Shown here: positions 8,049-18,800 of the stretch, piece after piece | Layout of the letters: each line of letters begins with the position of its first letter | How positions within the stretch are numbered: position 1 is the first letter of the stretch | IMG/VR virus record: IMGVR_UViG_3300037095_000059 | Source: a virus | Reading direction: 5' to 3' (one strand) | DNA: 64,000 nucleotides | Translations under genes and position numbers: made by a program | Notes under the pieces: model-generated | Database searches by the model: none | Seen by the model: only the letters and a program-made list of their open reading frames with translations | Told to the model about the DNA's origin: nothing

Positions 8049-9519
8049 GACAACCCCCGTACCCGAATACCTGAAGAAGTCAGTCCACCAGATTCATTCC
8101 TTGCATCCCGAAACATCGGCGCGGACGATTGCCAAGCAAATAGGTCTTCATCACAAGACCGTTTCGAGAATACTCAAACAGCAGGAAGTGGACGAGATTG
8201 TGCAGGGGATTCAAGCGGACGATCAGGAGCCCGTCCAGTTACTGGACGAGACAGCGAATGAAGTTCCCAACGGACAGTGGGTGGAGGGGAAGTCCTACGT
8301 CTACAACGGAACAAGTGACAGCTATGTTACAGTCCTCAAGTGCCGCCCGAAACCCCTGGTAATGACGGGAACCAAATTCCGAGCCATGAAAAAGGCGTAC
8401 AGCAACTGGGACGGAAACCCGGCGACGATCAACGAAATATGCCGTAGATTTGCTGTTCCCCGGGATCAGTTCATCGAACTAAAAGCCATTCATGGTTGGA
8501 CCCACGAGCAGGAGCCATATACCCGGGAAGAGGTGATGTCTCGTGAAGTTGACGACCTCGCCGACGACGCTTTCCAGCAACGCAGGCAGTCTATCTGGGA
8601 AGGGTTTGAGAAGAAAAAGTGGCACCAGACCAAGGAGGACGCTCAGAAGTGGAACAACTTGGAGCAGAACTTCATGCTCCCCTTGCAAGATCAACTGTCC
8701 ACTTTGATTCCTTCTTATGAGCCTCCTCGCTTGAACTTAAAGACTTCTCGTAATCCTTTTGCGGTTGTGACCAGCGCGGGAGAACTTCACTACGGGGGGA
8801 GCGGCTGGGTTCTGGAAACTGGGGAAGAGTTTAACCGAGCAGATGCGGAAGAGCGTCTGATTTATGCCCGAACCAGGATGCTAGAAGAAGTGGCGGACAA
8901 GGGGAGGCCCGAGAAGTTCTTCTATTGTGTGGGCCATGACTTCTTAACAGTTGACACCGATTTCGGAACCACGACCAAGGGAACTCCGCAGGAAATGGAC
9001 GGAACCGCCGCTCAGATTCTGGCGGAAGGCTTCGATCTGGCTGTTCGAGACATTGACGCTCTCCGAAGCGTATCTCGAATTCAGATTCTGTCAATTCCCG
9101 GGAACCACGACAGACTTTTGACTGTGGCCTTGCTCAAATTCCTCCAAGCCTGGTACAGAAACCAGGACGACGTGGAAATCGAATTCAGCGCCAAGTCTCG
9201 GTCGTATGCTGCCTATGGAGACACGCTGCTTGGGTTTGCACACGGGGATGGGGCCTTAAAACCCAAGGACTACATGGCGACAATGGCCAAGGAGGCTCCT
9301 GGGTTGTGGGCAAACACGATCTATCGGGCCTTCTTTACAGGGCACCTGCATTCGGAAGTTGTCCGCGAGTTGGTGGGGGGCACCCACTATCAGATGCCGT
9401 CTCTCAGAGGACGCGACCGATTCCACGAACGTCAAGCCTACCTGTCTGAAGCAGCTTTGGCGAGTTATGTAGTAGACCGAGCAAAAGGGATCACTAGCAC
9501 GATCTACACGCGAGTCTGA
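8041..9519 (+). CDS. HTH domain plus calcineurin-like metallophosphoesterase (Mre11/SbcD-like nuclease candidate)
   Basis: N-terminal HTH ARTIAKQIGLHHKTVSRILKQ. Phosphoesterase motifs IPGNHD, GFAHGDG, FTGHLH. Confidence 0.6.
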   Translation: MPKTTPVPEYLKKSVHQIHSLHPETSARTIAKQIGLHHKTVSRILKQQEVDEIVQGIQADDQEPVQLLDETANEVPNGQWVEGKSYVYNGTSDSYVTVLKCRPKPLVMTGTKFRAMKKAYSNWDGNPATINEICRRFAVPRDQFIELKAIHGWTHEQEPYTREEVMSREVDDLADDAFQQRRQSIWEGFEKKKWHQTKEDAQKWNNLEQNFMLPLQDQLSTLIPSYEPPRLNLKTSRNPFAVVTSAGELHYGGSGWVLETGEEFNRADAEERLIYARTRMLEEVADKGRPEKFFYCVGHDFLTVDTDFGTTTKGTPQEMDGTAAQILAEGFDLAVRDIDALRSVSRIQILSIPGNHDRLLTVALLKFLQAWYRNQDDVEIEFSAKSRSYAAYGDTLLGFAHGDGALKPKDYMATMAKEAPGLWANTIYRAFFTGHLHSEVVRELVGGTHYQMPSLRGRDRFHERQAYLSEAALASYVVDRAKGITSTIYTRV

Positions 9520-9521
9520 CA

Positions 9522-10178
9522 ATGATCGAGTCCATAAAAACTAAGATTTGTGCGGGTTGTCGATCTTTACTGGAGGCCGACAACTTTCACAAAAACCAAA
9601 ACTCTCCAGACGGGCTTTGCCGACTGTGTAAGGGCTGCACGAGAGAGTATCAAAAAAGATGGAGAGCAGACAACAAGGAGTCTATAAAAACTCGTTTTCA
9701 AAACAGACCGAAGGCTCGGAAAGAGAGGGACAACGCCCGAACAAGGGCCTGGACGGCGGAGCATCCCGAAGAAAAGAAAGCAATGGATGCCCAATATCGA
9801 AGTCTCCACAAGGACGAGAAGAAGAAACGACACGACCTCCGGATGGGAAATGATGTTCAGTACAAGTTAGCGTGCGACTTGCGTTGGAGAATGAATCGGG
9901 CTATTCGTCTCTGTTCTAAGTCTGGATCGGCTGTCAAGGATTTGGGGTGCTCAATTGAAGAACTCAAGAAGCACCTCGAATCAAAATTTCAACCGGGAAT
10001 GACTTGGGACAATTGGGGGTTTGGGGAAGGTTGTTGGCATATCGACCATGTTCGTCCTCTAATATCCTTCAACTTGGAAGATCGAACGCAGTTTCTAATC
10101 GCTTGTAACTTTCGTAATCTTCAACCCTTATGGGCGAAAGAAAACATTTCAAAGGGCGGAAAATTTACGCGAGTTTAG
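9522..10178 (+). CDS. HNH homing-endonuclease-like protein (paralog of 34501..35256)
   Basis: N-terminal CxxC...CxxC finger and a K/R-rich middle. C-terminal WHIDHVRP...NLQPLWAKENISKG. Confidence 0.7.
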   Translation: MIESIKTKICAGCRSLLEADNFHKNQNSPDGLCRLCKGCTREYQKRWRADNKESIKTRFQNRPKARKERDNARTRAWTAEHPEEKKAMDAQYRSLHKDEKKKRHDLRMGNDVQYKLACDLRWRMNRAIRLCSKSGSAVKDLGCSIEELKKHLESKFQPGMTWDNWGFGEGCWHIDHVRPLISFNLEDRTQFLIACNFRNLQPLWAKENISKGGKFTRV

Positions 10179-10192
10179 TCCGGATAATGGAC
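10178..10192. repeat. 15-bp motif copy, F: gtccggataatggac
   Basis: Begins at the last base of the HNH gene's TAG stop. Intergenic. Confidence 0.9.
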
Positions 10193-10202
10193 AGGAGGAA
10201 TC

Positions 10203-10415
10203 ATGTCAGACGGTTTGAAGATGAAGTATTTCGTGCTGAAACCCGAGGGGACGGACGACTACGCTCGGGCTTCGAGAGCCGCGATGATGACGTATGCGGA
10301 TTTTATCGTCACAAAGAACCCGGAGCTTACAGAAGAACTTCGGGCCTGGGCTGGCCGAGAATTCATCAATGCTCTTGAAACTGGGGAGAAGGAACGAGAG
10401 GCGGCAAGACAGTAA
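10203..10415 (+). CDS. hypothetical protein
   Basis: 70-aa ORF. GGAGGA lies 5 nt upstream of the ATG. Confidence 0.45.
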   Translation: MSDGLKMKYFVLKPEGTDDYARASRAAMMTYADFIVTKNPELTEELRAWAGREFINALETGEKEREAARQ

Positions 10416-10801
10416 TGGCCTACCAGAAAACCATTTGTGTCGATTTCGATGGCACCATAGTAGACCACGAGTTCCCAAAGATCGGTGCGCTCAAACCCGG
10501 GGCCCGGTCTGCGCTCCAGGCTTTCCGTCGGATGGGATTCCGCATCATTGTTTGGTCCTGCCGAACTTGTAAGTGGCAGGAAGACACCTTCGGGAGTTGG
10601 GACTGCCCGACTTTGGAACGGCCTCTAGTCCGGGAGATGATTGAGTTCTTGGACAAAGAAGGTGTTCCCTACGACGAGATTGACGACGGGGAAAAGGGTA
10701 AACCCTTGGCTGATCTTTACCTCGACGACAAAGCTCTCCGGGTCGAGGATAACTGGGGAGACGTAGCGCAATGGGTGCGTGAGAACGGGGGGCGGCTTTG
10801 A
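10415..10801 (+). CDS. HAD-superfamily phosphatase
   Basis: HAD motif I VDFDGTIV near the N-terminus. Small single-domain size. YLDDK near the C-terminus. Confidence 0.6.
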   Translation: MAYQKTICVDFDGTIVDHEFPKIGALKPGARSALQAFRRMGFRIIVWSCRTCKWQEDTFGSWDCPTLERPLVREMIEFLDKEGVPYDEIDDGEKGKPLADLYLDDKALRVEDNWGDVAQWVRENGGRL

Positions 10802-11118
10802 GCTTACTGCCGAGCGGAGCAAAAAAGCGGAAGGAAACCCCAATAGCCACAGGAGTCCTCGACTACTTCCCCAAGTCTATGGCCGAGATTTCACGTGTGT
10901 CTCTGGCGGGCAACAGGCAGCATTTTCCTCCTGGGACTCCTTTGCACTGGGACCGGGATAAGTCCGTGGACGACGCGGATGCCCTTATTCGACATTTCAT
11001 CGAGAGAGGGACAGTAGACGAGAACGGAATCAGGGCCACCGCCCGCATGGCTTGGAGAGCTTTGGCTGTTTTGGAGCGGGAACTGGACGCCGTCGAAGTT
11101 ACCGTTCAGGAATCTTAA
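10798..11118 (+). CDS. dATP/dGTP diphosphohydrolase N-terminal-like (DUF5664-like) protein
   Basis: LDYFPKSMAEISRVSLAGN...DADALIRHF...AWRALAVLE resembles that family's pattern. Called from memory only. Confidence 0.4.
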   Translation: MSLLPSGAKKRKETPIATGVLDYFPKSMAEISRVSLAGNRQHFPPGTPLHWDRDKSVDDADALIRHFIERGTVDENGIRATARMAWRALAVLERELDAVEVTVQES

Positions 11119-11161
11119 CGCAATACCGGCTTAGGACCAGAATAATGTTCCCGAGCGGGAA

Positions 11162-11176
11162 GTCCATTAACCGGAC
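11162..11176. repeat. 15-bp motif copy, R: gtccattaaccggac
   Basis: Intergenic, 6 nt upstream of the DUF1643 start. Confidence 0.9.
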
Positions 11177-11181
11177 AGACT

Positions 11182-11688
11182 ATGTACAAAGAAGCAGTTA
11201 TTAGCGACGACGAGGTTTATCGCTATTCTCTTTACCGAGAGTGGTCGGAGGACCTGTTTGATGTTCGGATTCTAAACTTCGTTATGTTGAACCCCAGTAC
11301 CGCCGACGCCGACAAGGACGATCCGACTATACGAAAATGCGTGGGGTTAGCAAAACTTGGGAACTTTAATGCAATCCGGGTAGTCAATTTATTTGCCTTC
11401 AGAGCAACTAAGCCCGGAGACATGCAGTGGTCACATATCAATGGTGGGGACATAGTAGGGCCAAACAACGATTCCTATGTCCAGGAAATTCCTCCCAAAG
11501 AGACTGTAGTAGCTGCCTGGGGAGCAACCTTCAAGAACGAATACTTCTGGAAAAGACGAGTTAGTAAAACCATAGAACTTCTTAATCGGAGTTTGTGGTG
11601 CCTGAAGAAAACCAAAGATGGAAATCCGTGGCATCCTTTGTATGTGCCCTACGGACCGCTGATTGAGTTTCAAAACGTCAACACTTAA
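11182..11688 (+). CDS. DUF1643 family protein
   Basis: YRYSLYREW...LNFVMLNPSTADADKDDPTIRKC...VNLFAFRAT...AAWG...HPLY matches the DUF1643 signature. Confidence 0.7.
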   Translation: MYKEAVISDDEVYRYSLYREWSEDLFDVRILNFVMLNPSTADADKDDPTIRKCVGLAKLGNFNAIRVVNLFAFRATKPGDMQWSHINGGDIVGPNNDSYVQEIPPKETVVAAWGATFKNEYFWKRRVSKTIELLNRSLWCLKKTKDGNPWHPLYVPYGPLIEFQNVNT

Positions 11689-11709
11689 CCACAAGTAATG
11701 AGGAGAAAC

Positions 11710-12036
11710 ATGGAGCACACTCGGGAATTTATAGCCGGATACCGGCAAGCGGTTGGAGAGGCGACAGAGCCTTTTCCACTGCTTGAAGTTCCGGGGAAGA
11801 CCGTCAACAATTTGATGGAAGACCGGCGAAAGAAACTGCTCACCAAGAAGGTAACCCGGTGGCTGATCGTAATACCGGCTACCGAACAAGGGTGCGTGTC
11901 TGACCCGGCCAGGCAGTATGAATACTACTCGTCGGATCGACTTCTTTACGACTCCAAAGAATCCGCAGAGGCCGCTTCAGTCCGTTATGAAGAAACCTTT
12001 GGCATATTCCCCGTCGAAATCGAAGTACCACTTTAG
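11710..12036 (+). CDS. hypothetical protein
   Basis: ATG 11710 sits 5 nt after GAGGAG (alternative ATG at 11698). Last plus-strand gene; its stop abuts motif copy 12036. Confidence 0.45.
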   Translation: MEHTREFIAGYRQAVGEATEPFPLLEVPGKTVNNLMEDRRKKLLTKKVTRWLIVIPATEQGCVSDPARQYEYYSSDRLLYDSKESAEAASVRYEETFGIFPVEIEVPL

Positions 12037-12050
12037 TCCGGGTAATGGAC
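12036..12050. repeat. 15-bp motif copy, F: gtccgggtaatggac
   Basis: Begins at the last base of the TAG stop of the last plus-strand gene. Confidence 0.9.
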
Positions 12051-12143
12051 AAGGTTCTCGAAGGCCGGTGTCGCATCCGCCATCAGTCGGAGCCGGTCTC
12101 ATAAAGCAAGCCGCCTGTCTTGTGAGAAAAACAGGCACACAAA

Positions 12144-12168
12144 AAGGCCCTCCGTTTTGGAGGGCCTT
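12144..12168. terminator. bidirectional intrinsic terminator at the convergence of the plus and minus gene blocks
   Basis: AAGGCCCTCC-gtttt-GGAGGGCCTT 10-bp GC-rich stem. A-run on one side and a T-rich tract on the other. Confidence 0.7.
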
Positions 12169-12190
12169 AGTGTTTGTAGCGGGTTGTTAG

Positions 12191-12832
12191 TTATTCTTCT
12201 AGTCTGAGCTTCTTCATTTCTTTCGGGTCCTTGTCTGGCATGTTTCCCTCCCCCTTGTATGAGGGAGTATACACCCTGTCCGGTGTTCCGGTATTGGTCC
12301 AGGCGTGTGTTTGTCCCGCGTATTTATCTGCCGCATCTCCGCTAGAAAAGACTCCAAGATGTTCTTTGGTTTTGACGTAGTGTTTCTTGGCCTCCTCGTA
12401 CAAAGCGTCGTTAGCCTCCTTGTCTTTTTCGTCCGGTTTCTTTCCGGAGGAGGTCAAGAACTTACCGTCGGCTATCTGCGGGATCAGGGCGTACCTCGGG
12501 GCGTGGTCGTAATCTTCTTCCGGCCACAGTTCTCCCTTTTCATCGAGGGGGATGGTTGCTGAATAAATACTGCTATAGGAGCCATCCTCGTTCCGAATTC
12601 CAGGACGGTGGTTGACATCAATATTTCCGGACTGAACCATGCCGGGAACAGGCGTTCCTTGAAGCGGCCCCACGTCGTAAACAGGAGGGGGAACCGGCTG
12701 CGGGTTTGGTTTGGTTGTTCCGGGGGTCGGGACTCCGGAGTCCATCACATACCCAGCCGGAAGAGCCGCGTCTAATACATACCCCGGGGGAGGGGTTGGT
12801 TGTCCGGATAATGGACTTGCTGGGCTACCCAT
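12191..12832 (-). CDS. hypothetical protein (Pro-rich N-terminus)
   Basis: 213-aa ORF, the last minus-strand gene. Its start overlaps the stop of the giant ORF. Motif copy 12802 is read as SPLSGQ. Confidence 0.5.
   Translation of the reverse strand: MGSPASPLSGQPTPPPGYVLDAALPAGYVMDSGVPTPGTTKPNPQPVPPPVYDVGPLQGTPVPGMVQSGNIDVNHRPGIRNEDGSYSSIYSATIPLDEKGELWPEEDYDHAPRYALIPQIADGKFLTSSGKKPDEKDKEANDALYEEAKKHYVKTKEHLGVFSSGDAADKYAGQTHAWTNTGTPDRVYTPSYKGEGNMPDKDPKEMKKLRLEE
12802..12816. repeat. 15-bp motif copy, F: gtccggataatggac
   Basis: Inside ORF 12191..12832. Read as SPLSGQ. Confidence 0.9.
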
Positions 12833-15800
12833 TTATAGGTTCTCCCGTTTGGCGATCAACCCAATTGTGCCCGTCATTCGAAGCGACCTGGTGTCCTGTT
12901 ATCGGATGAGTTGCCGTGTGAAGATACTGTTGGACGCCCGCGTTAAGATGTGCTGCTTCTTGCTGAACCGCAGGAGGAATAACAGGAGCGGGTGCCGCCG
13001 ATGCTTGCGGGATTCCCCCTGGGTGCATCATGTTCAGAATCCTCTGGAGCACCGGGTCCTTGGCTCTTTCAGAGGGAGTCATGTCCTTCATGGCCTTGGC
13101 TGTGTACCGTTTCATCACCGACTGAGTTAAGGGGATGAGCGCGGTTTTCTCGCTGTTGTTCATTGTATCGAACAGCTTGAAAAACTCAGCAGCGGGCAGC
13201 CTAGATGCTCTCGTGTACAACGAGGCCATCGTGGAGTCCATGCCTTTTGTCTTGGTCAGGTTGAGTTGGATTTTCTTCAGTTCGGACTCTTTGAGTTGGT
13301 CTGTGTTATAAGCCAACTTGACCAACTCCGGCCACGAAGTTTCCCCGGACCTTACCTGATCTTCCAGGTCCATGATTCTCCGGTGCCTGTCCATTTGAGC
13401 CTTGTCTATCGGGCCGTCTTCGTTGTGATTTGCGGCAAGCTCGGCTGCCATCTTCTGTGCAGGAGTAGCGTACACTTGGGCGGTTCCGCCCCCCGCTTTC
13501 CAAACCTGGCCCACGGTTCCAACTTGGGGCCCGGTTCCGGTGACAGCCTGTCCGATAGCCTGTCCAGGGATAGGCATCATGTTGTGGAACACGTCAGCCC
13601 ACAGGTCTTCCGGACCTAGCTTACGCCCGAAGGAGTCGCGCTGCGTCAGTAGTTCTTGTCCGGCATGAATTGTGGGCGACAACCGGCCCTTGATGAAGCC
13701 CACAGGGTCTGTAGCAGCGTGAAGAAGGTCAGTCGGCAACGTCCTCATCCCGAAGATGATTTCCTTGCCTTCCTTGTTCTTGACAGCCAAGCCGAAGGGG
13801 GCTTCCAAGTGCGGACTTCCCGTGGACAAGGTGTTGAGGACTCTTGCGATTCCCCACATTCCCAGGGTCATCATCACGACCTGTTTGCGGCCTATGTTAC
13901 CTTCTTCTCGGTTGAAGAGTCGGGCCCCACTTCTCATTTCCGATTCTAACCAGTCCGGGGCCAGAAGCATTAAGCGGCCCCAGTCCTGCGTAGTTGTGGA
14001 GCGCCCCATCGCTCTCCAATTGATACCGCCAAAACTTTCGTTTGCGTGCAGAGCCGCAGCTTTGGCCACGCGGTCATTGGACCACTCTGGGTGAGACGCT
14101 CGGTACTGGTCAAACAAGTGCTCGCCCGCCGTCGCTTTCATGGCAGGAATGTAACGTTTGAACAAGAAGTCCTGATACCAGTTCATGGAGTTGGCAATTG
14201 TGTTTCCAATTCCTGGAATCCTGCGCAAGGCATCACCCCCCGTGGACAAGCCTTCGGACATCTGTTGTTGGCCCCGGAAGTCCGTTCCAGTGGTGTAGCC
14301 CTGGCGAACCATTGCCAGGAGCTTCGTTTCTGAATGTGGATTAGATGGGTCGATCTTAGCCCCATCCAAAAGGTCAGGTCCGTGGAGAGTAAACGGGTTG
14401 ATCCCAGTCATCACACCACGGAGCCCAATCTGGACCATGTGGAATGGAGACAGAGACAGCAGGACATGCTTAGCCGCAGACCCCGCGCCCAACAACGCTT
14501 TGCCTATGGGGTTTTTGGCGATTCCAGACTCTTCCAAGCCCAGCCTGTTCTTCAGGTACTGAGCAAATTCGGGGTGGGCCTTGATGTCGGCATCAACTAG
14601 GATACCGTGCCCGGCGGAGTCGTTGGTCACAAAGTTCCAGCCGCGCATAGCGTTGTGATCCAGCGTGACGTAGTCCTGCGGGTCCCAGGCATAGACGGGC
14701 TTCTGTGCGCCGTTGAACTCGCGCAGGCCCGAGTAGTCTTTGTTCGCCAGCATGGACTTCAGGTACATGAGGTCGGTCCGAAGTTTATTGTTTCCCATTT
14801 CGTCGTACTGTGCGTTCTTACTCAGAGCCTGCTTTTCCAGACGATCAATTGCCATCCCGATGTTGTCCGGATGAACGTGGGGCGTTATGTCCTTGATGGT
14901 GCCGTCGGCCAGGAAGCGGTCGAAGTACCCCGTCTTCTTCATTTCGTCAATGTTGCTCTGCGCGATGTTGATTTTCTGCACGCGGTCCGGGGAGATGAAT
15001 GTCTTGGGGTCTTCCCCGTCTTGACCAGTTACAACTCTGCCCGATCCCGCGAGAACCACCGCCGGTCGGCCATCGCTTCCCCGGGAGAAATCGTCTCTCA
15101 GGCTACGAATGAACTGCCGGTTGGCTGCGGCCTTGATGATTTCGGCTCTGCCCCTGGCCATGTTGTTCACTATGTCGAACTTCAACTGCTTGGGGGATTT
15201 CAACAGCCCGGTCAAGGTTGAGTCATATACGCGGCGGCGTGCCATCGTTACGTTGGTGGCAAACTTTCCGTTCTTGGCATCAGAGGATATAACTCGACCT
15301 TCCGGGTTGGAGTTATCCCATGTCCGCTGGAAGTAGTCGTCGATGTAGTGTTGCAATATGTCGTTTGTCGAGCCTATTTCGAAGCTGCGGTCGTGCTCGT
15401 TCCTGATGAAGTCCATTGCGGATTTCATCTGGGGGTCAGGCGCGGTGGTTGCCGCTTTCCTATGCACACTCATCACCAAGTCCCGGTATTCCTTGGGCTT
15501 GTCTTTGAAGACGTTATTCTGGATCATGTCGTCGATGTTCGGCGGGAGATGTCCATTATCCGGACTTTCTCTTGAGAACAGCGGCTGACCTTGATGCAGG
15601 ACAGACTCACGCATGGAATCTGTGATGGGGAAGTAGGGAACAGCAGAAGTTTTGACTTCCTTTTGGATATTTAACTTTCCGCCGATTTTTTCTGCGTAGG
15701 CTTCCGATCCAAAATCCCGTACAGCTTCTGCAAAAGGAATCCGGCTATAACGCACTTCATAAGCAACAGCCCGGGCTTGCCCCTCAAGTTGAGTTCCTTC

Positions 15801-18800
15801 TGCTTCCGAAGCTATTTTGTCTAGGTCCGCTGTCGATAGGGTCGGTCCCTCATATATTCTTGTTTTAGACCCGTCAGATACCTTGATCTTCGTCTCCCCA
15901 ACCTTAGCCCCAAACTGTTTTCCAAGTTTGTTGGCAACCTGCGGGGTGATCTGATCGTAGTAGCTTTCGAATCCTTCCTTCCGGGGCATGCTCGCTCCGG
16001 TTGGCTCTGTCTGCATCCGATCCCAGAGTTTCTTGGTGACAGCGTCTACCTTCTCACGACCAGCAATATGCAGGACCCGGTGTACAATTGCTCTCAGGTC
16101 GGCTTGGGACTTTACTTGTCCTCCACTTTTGTTGAGCAATCCCCGGCGCGTAGCTTCGCCTTCTAGATCAACCCCTCCGGCATTTCCGCCGTGCTGATAT
16201 GTTCCAGCAACCGTCCATTTTCCGTCTTCGGTCTTTTCCCAATCGAAGCGTTCCGACCCCCACCGGTTGAAGTGTTCAACTCCCGGGGTCCACGAGATTC
16301 CATCATATCCGTTTTCGGCGGCGTATCGGATCATTCTCTTGAAGAATAATCCGGTCCATTCGTCTGTCTTCTTGAAGGGGGCGTCGGGGACTCCAGAATG
16401 GACAGTCTCTTTGCTGATTTCGTTCAGACGAGCCTGTAGCTCCGGATGAACGTCTCCGGCGTCCGGTCTTGTTGAGTGGGTCCGGTCGTATTCTCGGGGG
16501 TCTAGTTCTCCCGTTTCCGGGTCTATCGCATGAACCTTGACACTCCAAACACGATCCCATCCCTTTCCGTTGGGGTCTGCGGGATGGAAAGAGATTACCT
16601 TGTCTTTTCCTCCGTAGCTGTTTACAATATTTCCTGGCTTGAAGTAGTTCGCAAGTTCTTCGTCGGTTACCGGGTCCTTCAGTCTTTCGCGGAGATCGGA
16701 CGCTTCCTTACGGAGACTCTCAATTCTTGCTGGGTCGAGATTGTACCCCTGTGTCCTTCCTTTCTGGTGCCAATCAGATTGCAGTTCTTCCAGGTGCAGC
16801 AGCTTCTCGCCGTTGGGGCCTGTGCGGTCGTTGAAGCGGACATGGCCTACTACGTTGGGTTCGTCCCAGTGAGCGGAGCGGAAGTCCTCGTTATAATCGA
16901 ATACATTCTTCGATTGCCCGTAGTTTGGAAGCGTCATCAACAACTCTCGGTACGAACCTGGTTCTGCTCCGGGGAGGGTGTATGTGCCGAATTTGGCGGG
17001 GTCAAATTTTTCTCCGGCATCCCACCTGTTTACCGCACTATCAACGACCTCTCTTTGGTCTTCAGAAAGACCACCATAATCTCTTCCATAAAGCTGTCTG
17101 GAAATCCTATCCGGCGGGGGAGTGTTTTCCTGTTTCGTAACCTCTTGTACCTGCAAGTTATTCGCCGCCAGGTAGTCCTTGACTTCTTCCGGACGCACGG
17201 GGGCGCTTCCCTTCTCGCGGAGGAAGTCAGAGAGACCTGTGTATTTTAGCTCGTCCGGTTTTACGCCGTTGTTCTCCAGCATTTTGAGAACGGTGTCGGC
17301 GGGCATGGGTCCTTGCATCCGGCTATCAACTAGCTGGTTGGACTTCAAGTACCAGACGGGAGCGCGGTTATCCTTCTCTTTGGAAAACAGTCCATTATCC
17401 GGACCGAATTCTGTGTCAAATAATGAAGCTCCTGATTTCCGAGCAAGGTGTGAGGCTATCCGCGAGTCTCTGCGGGCGGCTTCGAGTCTACCAGCCGCGT
17501 TAAGAAGTTCAGGACTAGAGCCCGCAGCTTCTCCGGTGGAAGGTTTTCTTGGGACGTAGGTTTCGAGTTTTGTGTCGAGGGCATTGAGGTCTCCTCCAAG
17601 TTTCTTGATTACGCCCCTGATTTCGGGGTTGGTTTTGAGCATGTCCGCAAAGTCAGCAGAGTGTTGGGCCACAAGTTCGGGTGTTAGCAGTCCTTGCTTG
17701 ATAATTTCTTGCGGGGGTATCCAGCGGTCGTTCCCCCAACCAGACAGTTCGGCCAGAGATTTGATGAAGCACCAGATTGCGGCCTGCGCCTGGCGAGGCT
17801 CGACGCCCTCCGCCTTGGCCGCTTCGCGGACCTTGGCAGACATGGCGTCATAAACTGCTGGTTTGTTAATCCGATTCGGGTCGTGATCTCCGAAGACCGC
17901 CATCCAGGTGTCGTTTGTGACCCGGCTTGAATCCTTGCCCAGGTTCTTTGTGAAAGAAGATACCTTGGGGCCGGATAGAGGCTCTCCCTGTAAGGCGTGA
18001 ATAGCGTTGCCCATTCTTGCAGGCAGGTCTACGCCTTGTGTTTCTCCACGACCGGCGAGAACTCTGTAGAGAGAAGCGTTCTTGCTGGCGACCTTCCCGT
18101 CTTTCCAGGTTACGTCCTGGGGGCGGCCCGCCTTGTCCCACTTGGCCCAGAGGTTGAGGGCCATGCGCAGGTTGGCTTGAACCGGCTGAACCGGGGATAG
18201 AGCGGCGGTAAAGTTCAGGAACTTGTCTTTGTCCGCTTTCCCCAGCCACGGAATTCCAGAGTCGATCAGAGCGTCGAAGGCCCGGGTCGATCTTTCATAC
18301 CACAACTGTCCGGCTTTGCCCGCACGAATAGCAGCCGTCCACTCTTCGTGGTCGGGCATGGAGTTGAAGGCGGCGGTGAGCAGGTTCTGCTTTTCGGGTG
18401 TGTCGTGCTTCTGAACTTCCTCTGGGGTAAGGTGGGACTTGATGTCTTCCCACTCTGCGGGTTTTTCTCGGGAAGCCAGTCCGGATAATGGACTGATTGG
18501 TTCTCCGCGAAGAGCAGCTTTTTGAACGGCTTCCCCGCCTTGGTATGAGTCTACCCGTACCCCTTGTCCGGGTTCGTAAGGTCCTTTGTACGTTGGGTCA
18601 TACGCCATGAACACAACGTCGGGATGGCCACCGTTGTACTGCTTCATTTTGTCGTAGTTCCAACCTTCGGGGGCATATGCGTCATTCCACGGAAGACGAG
18701 CCACGACCTTCATTCCCTCCCGAGCGTTTATTGCCGGAAGGTAGGTATCGAATCCGTCGGACCGACGCCCTCCATTTTCAATAGCAACGCGCATCAAATT

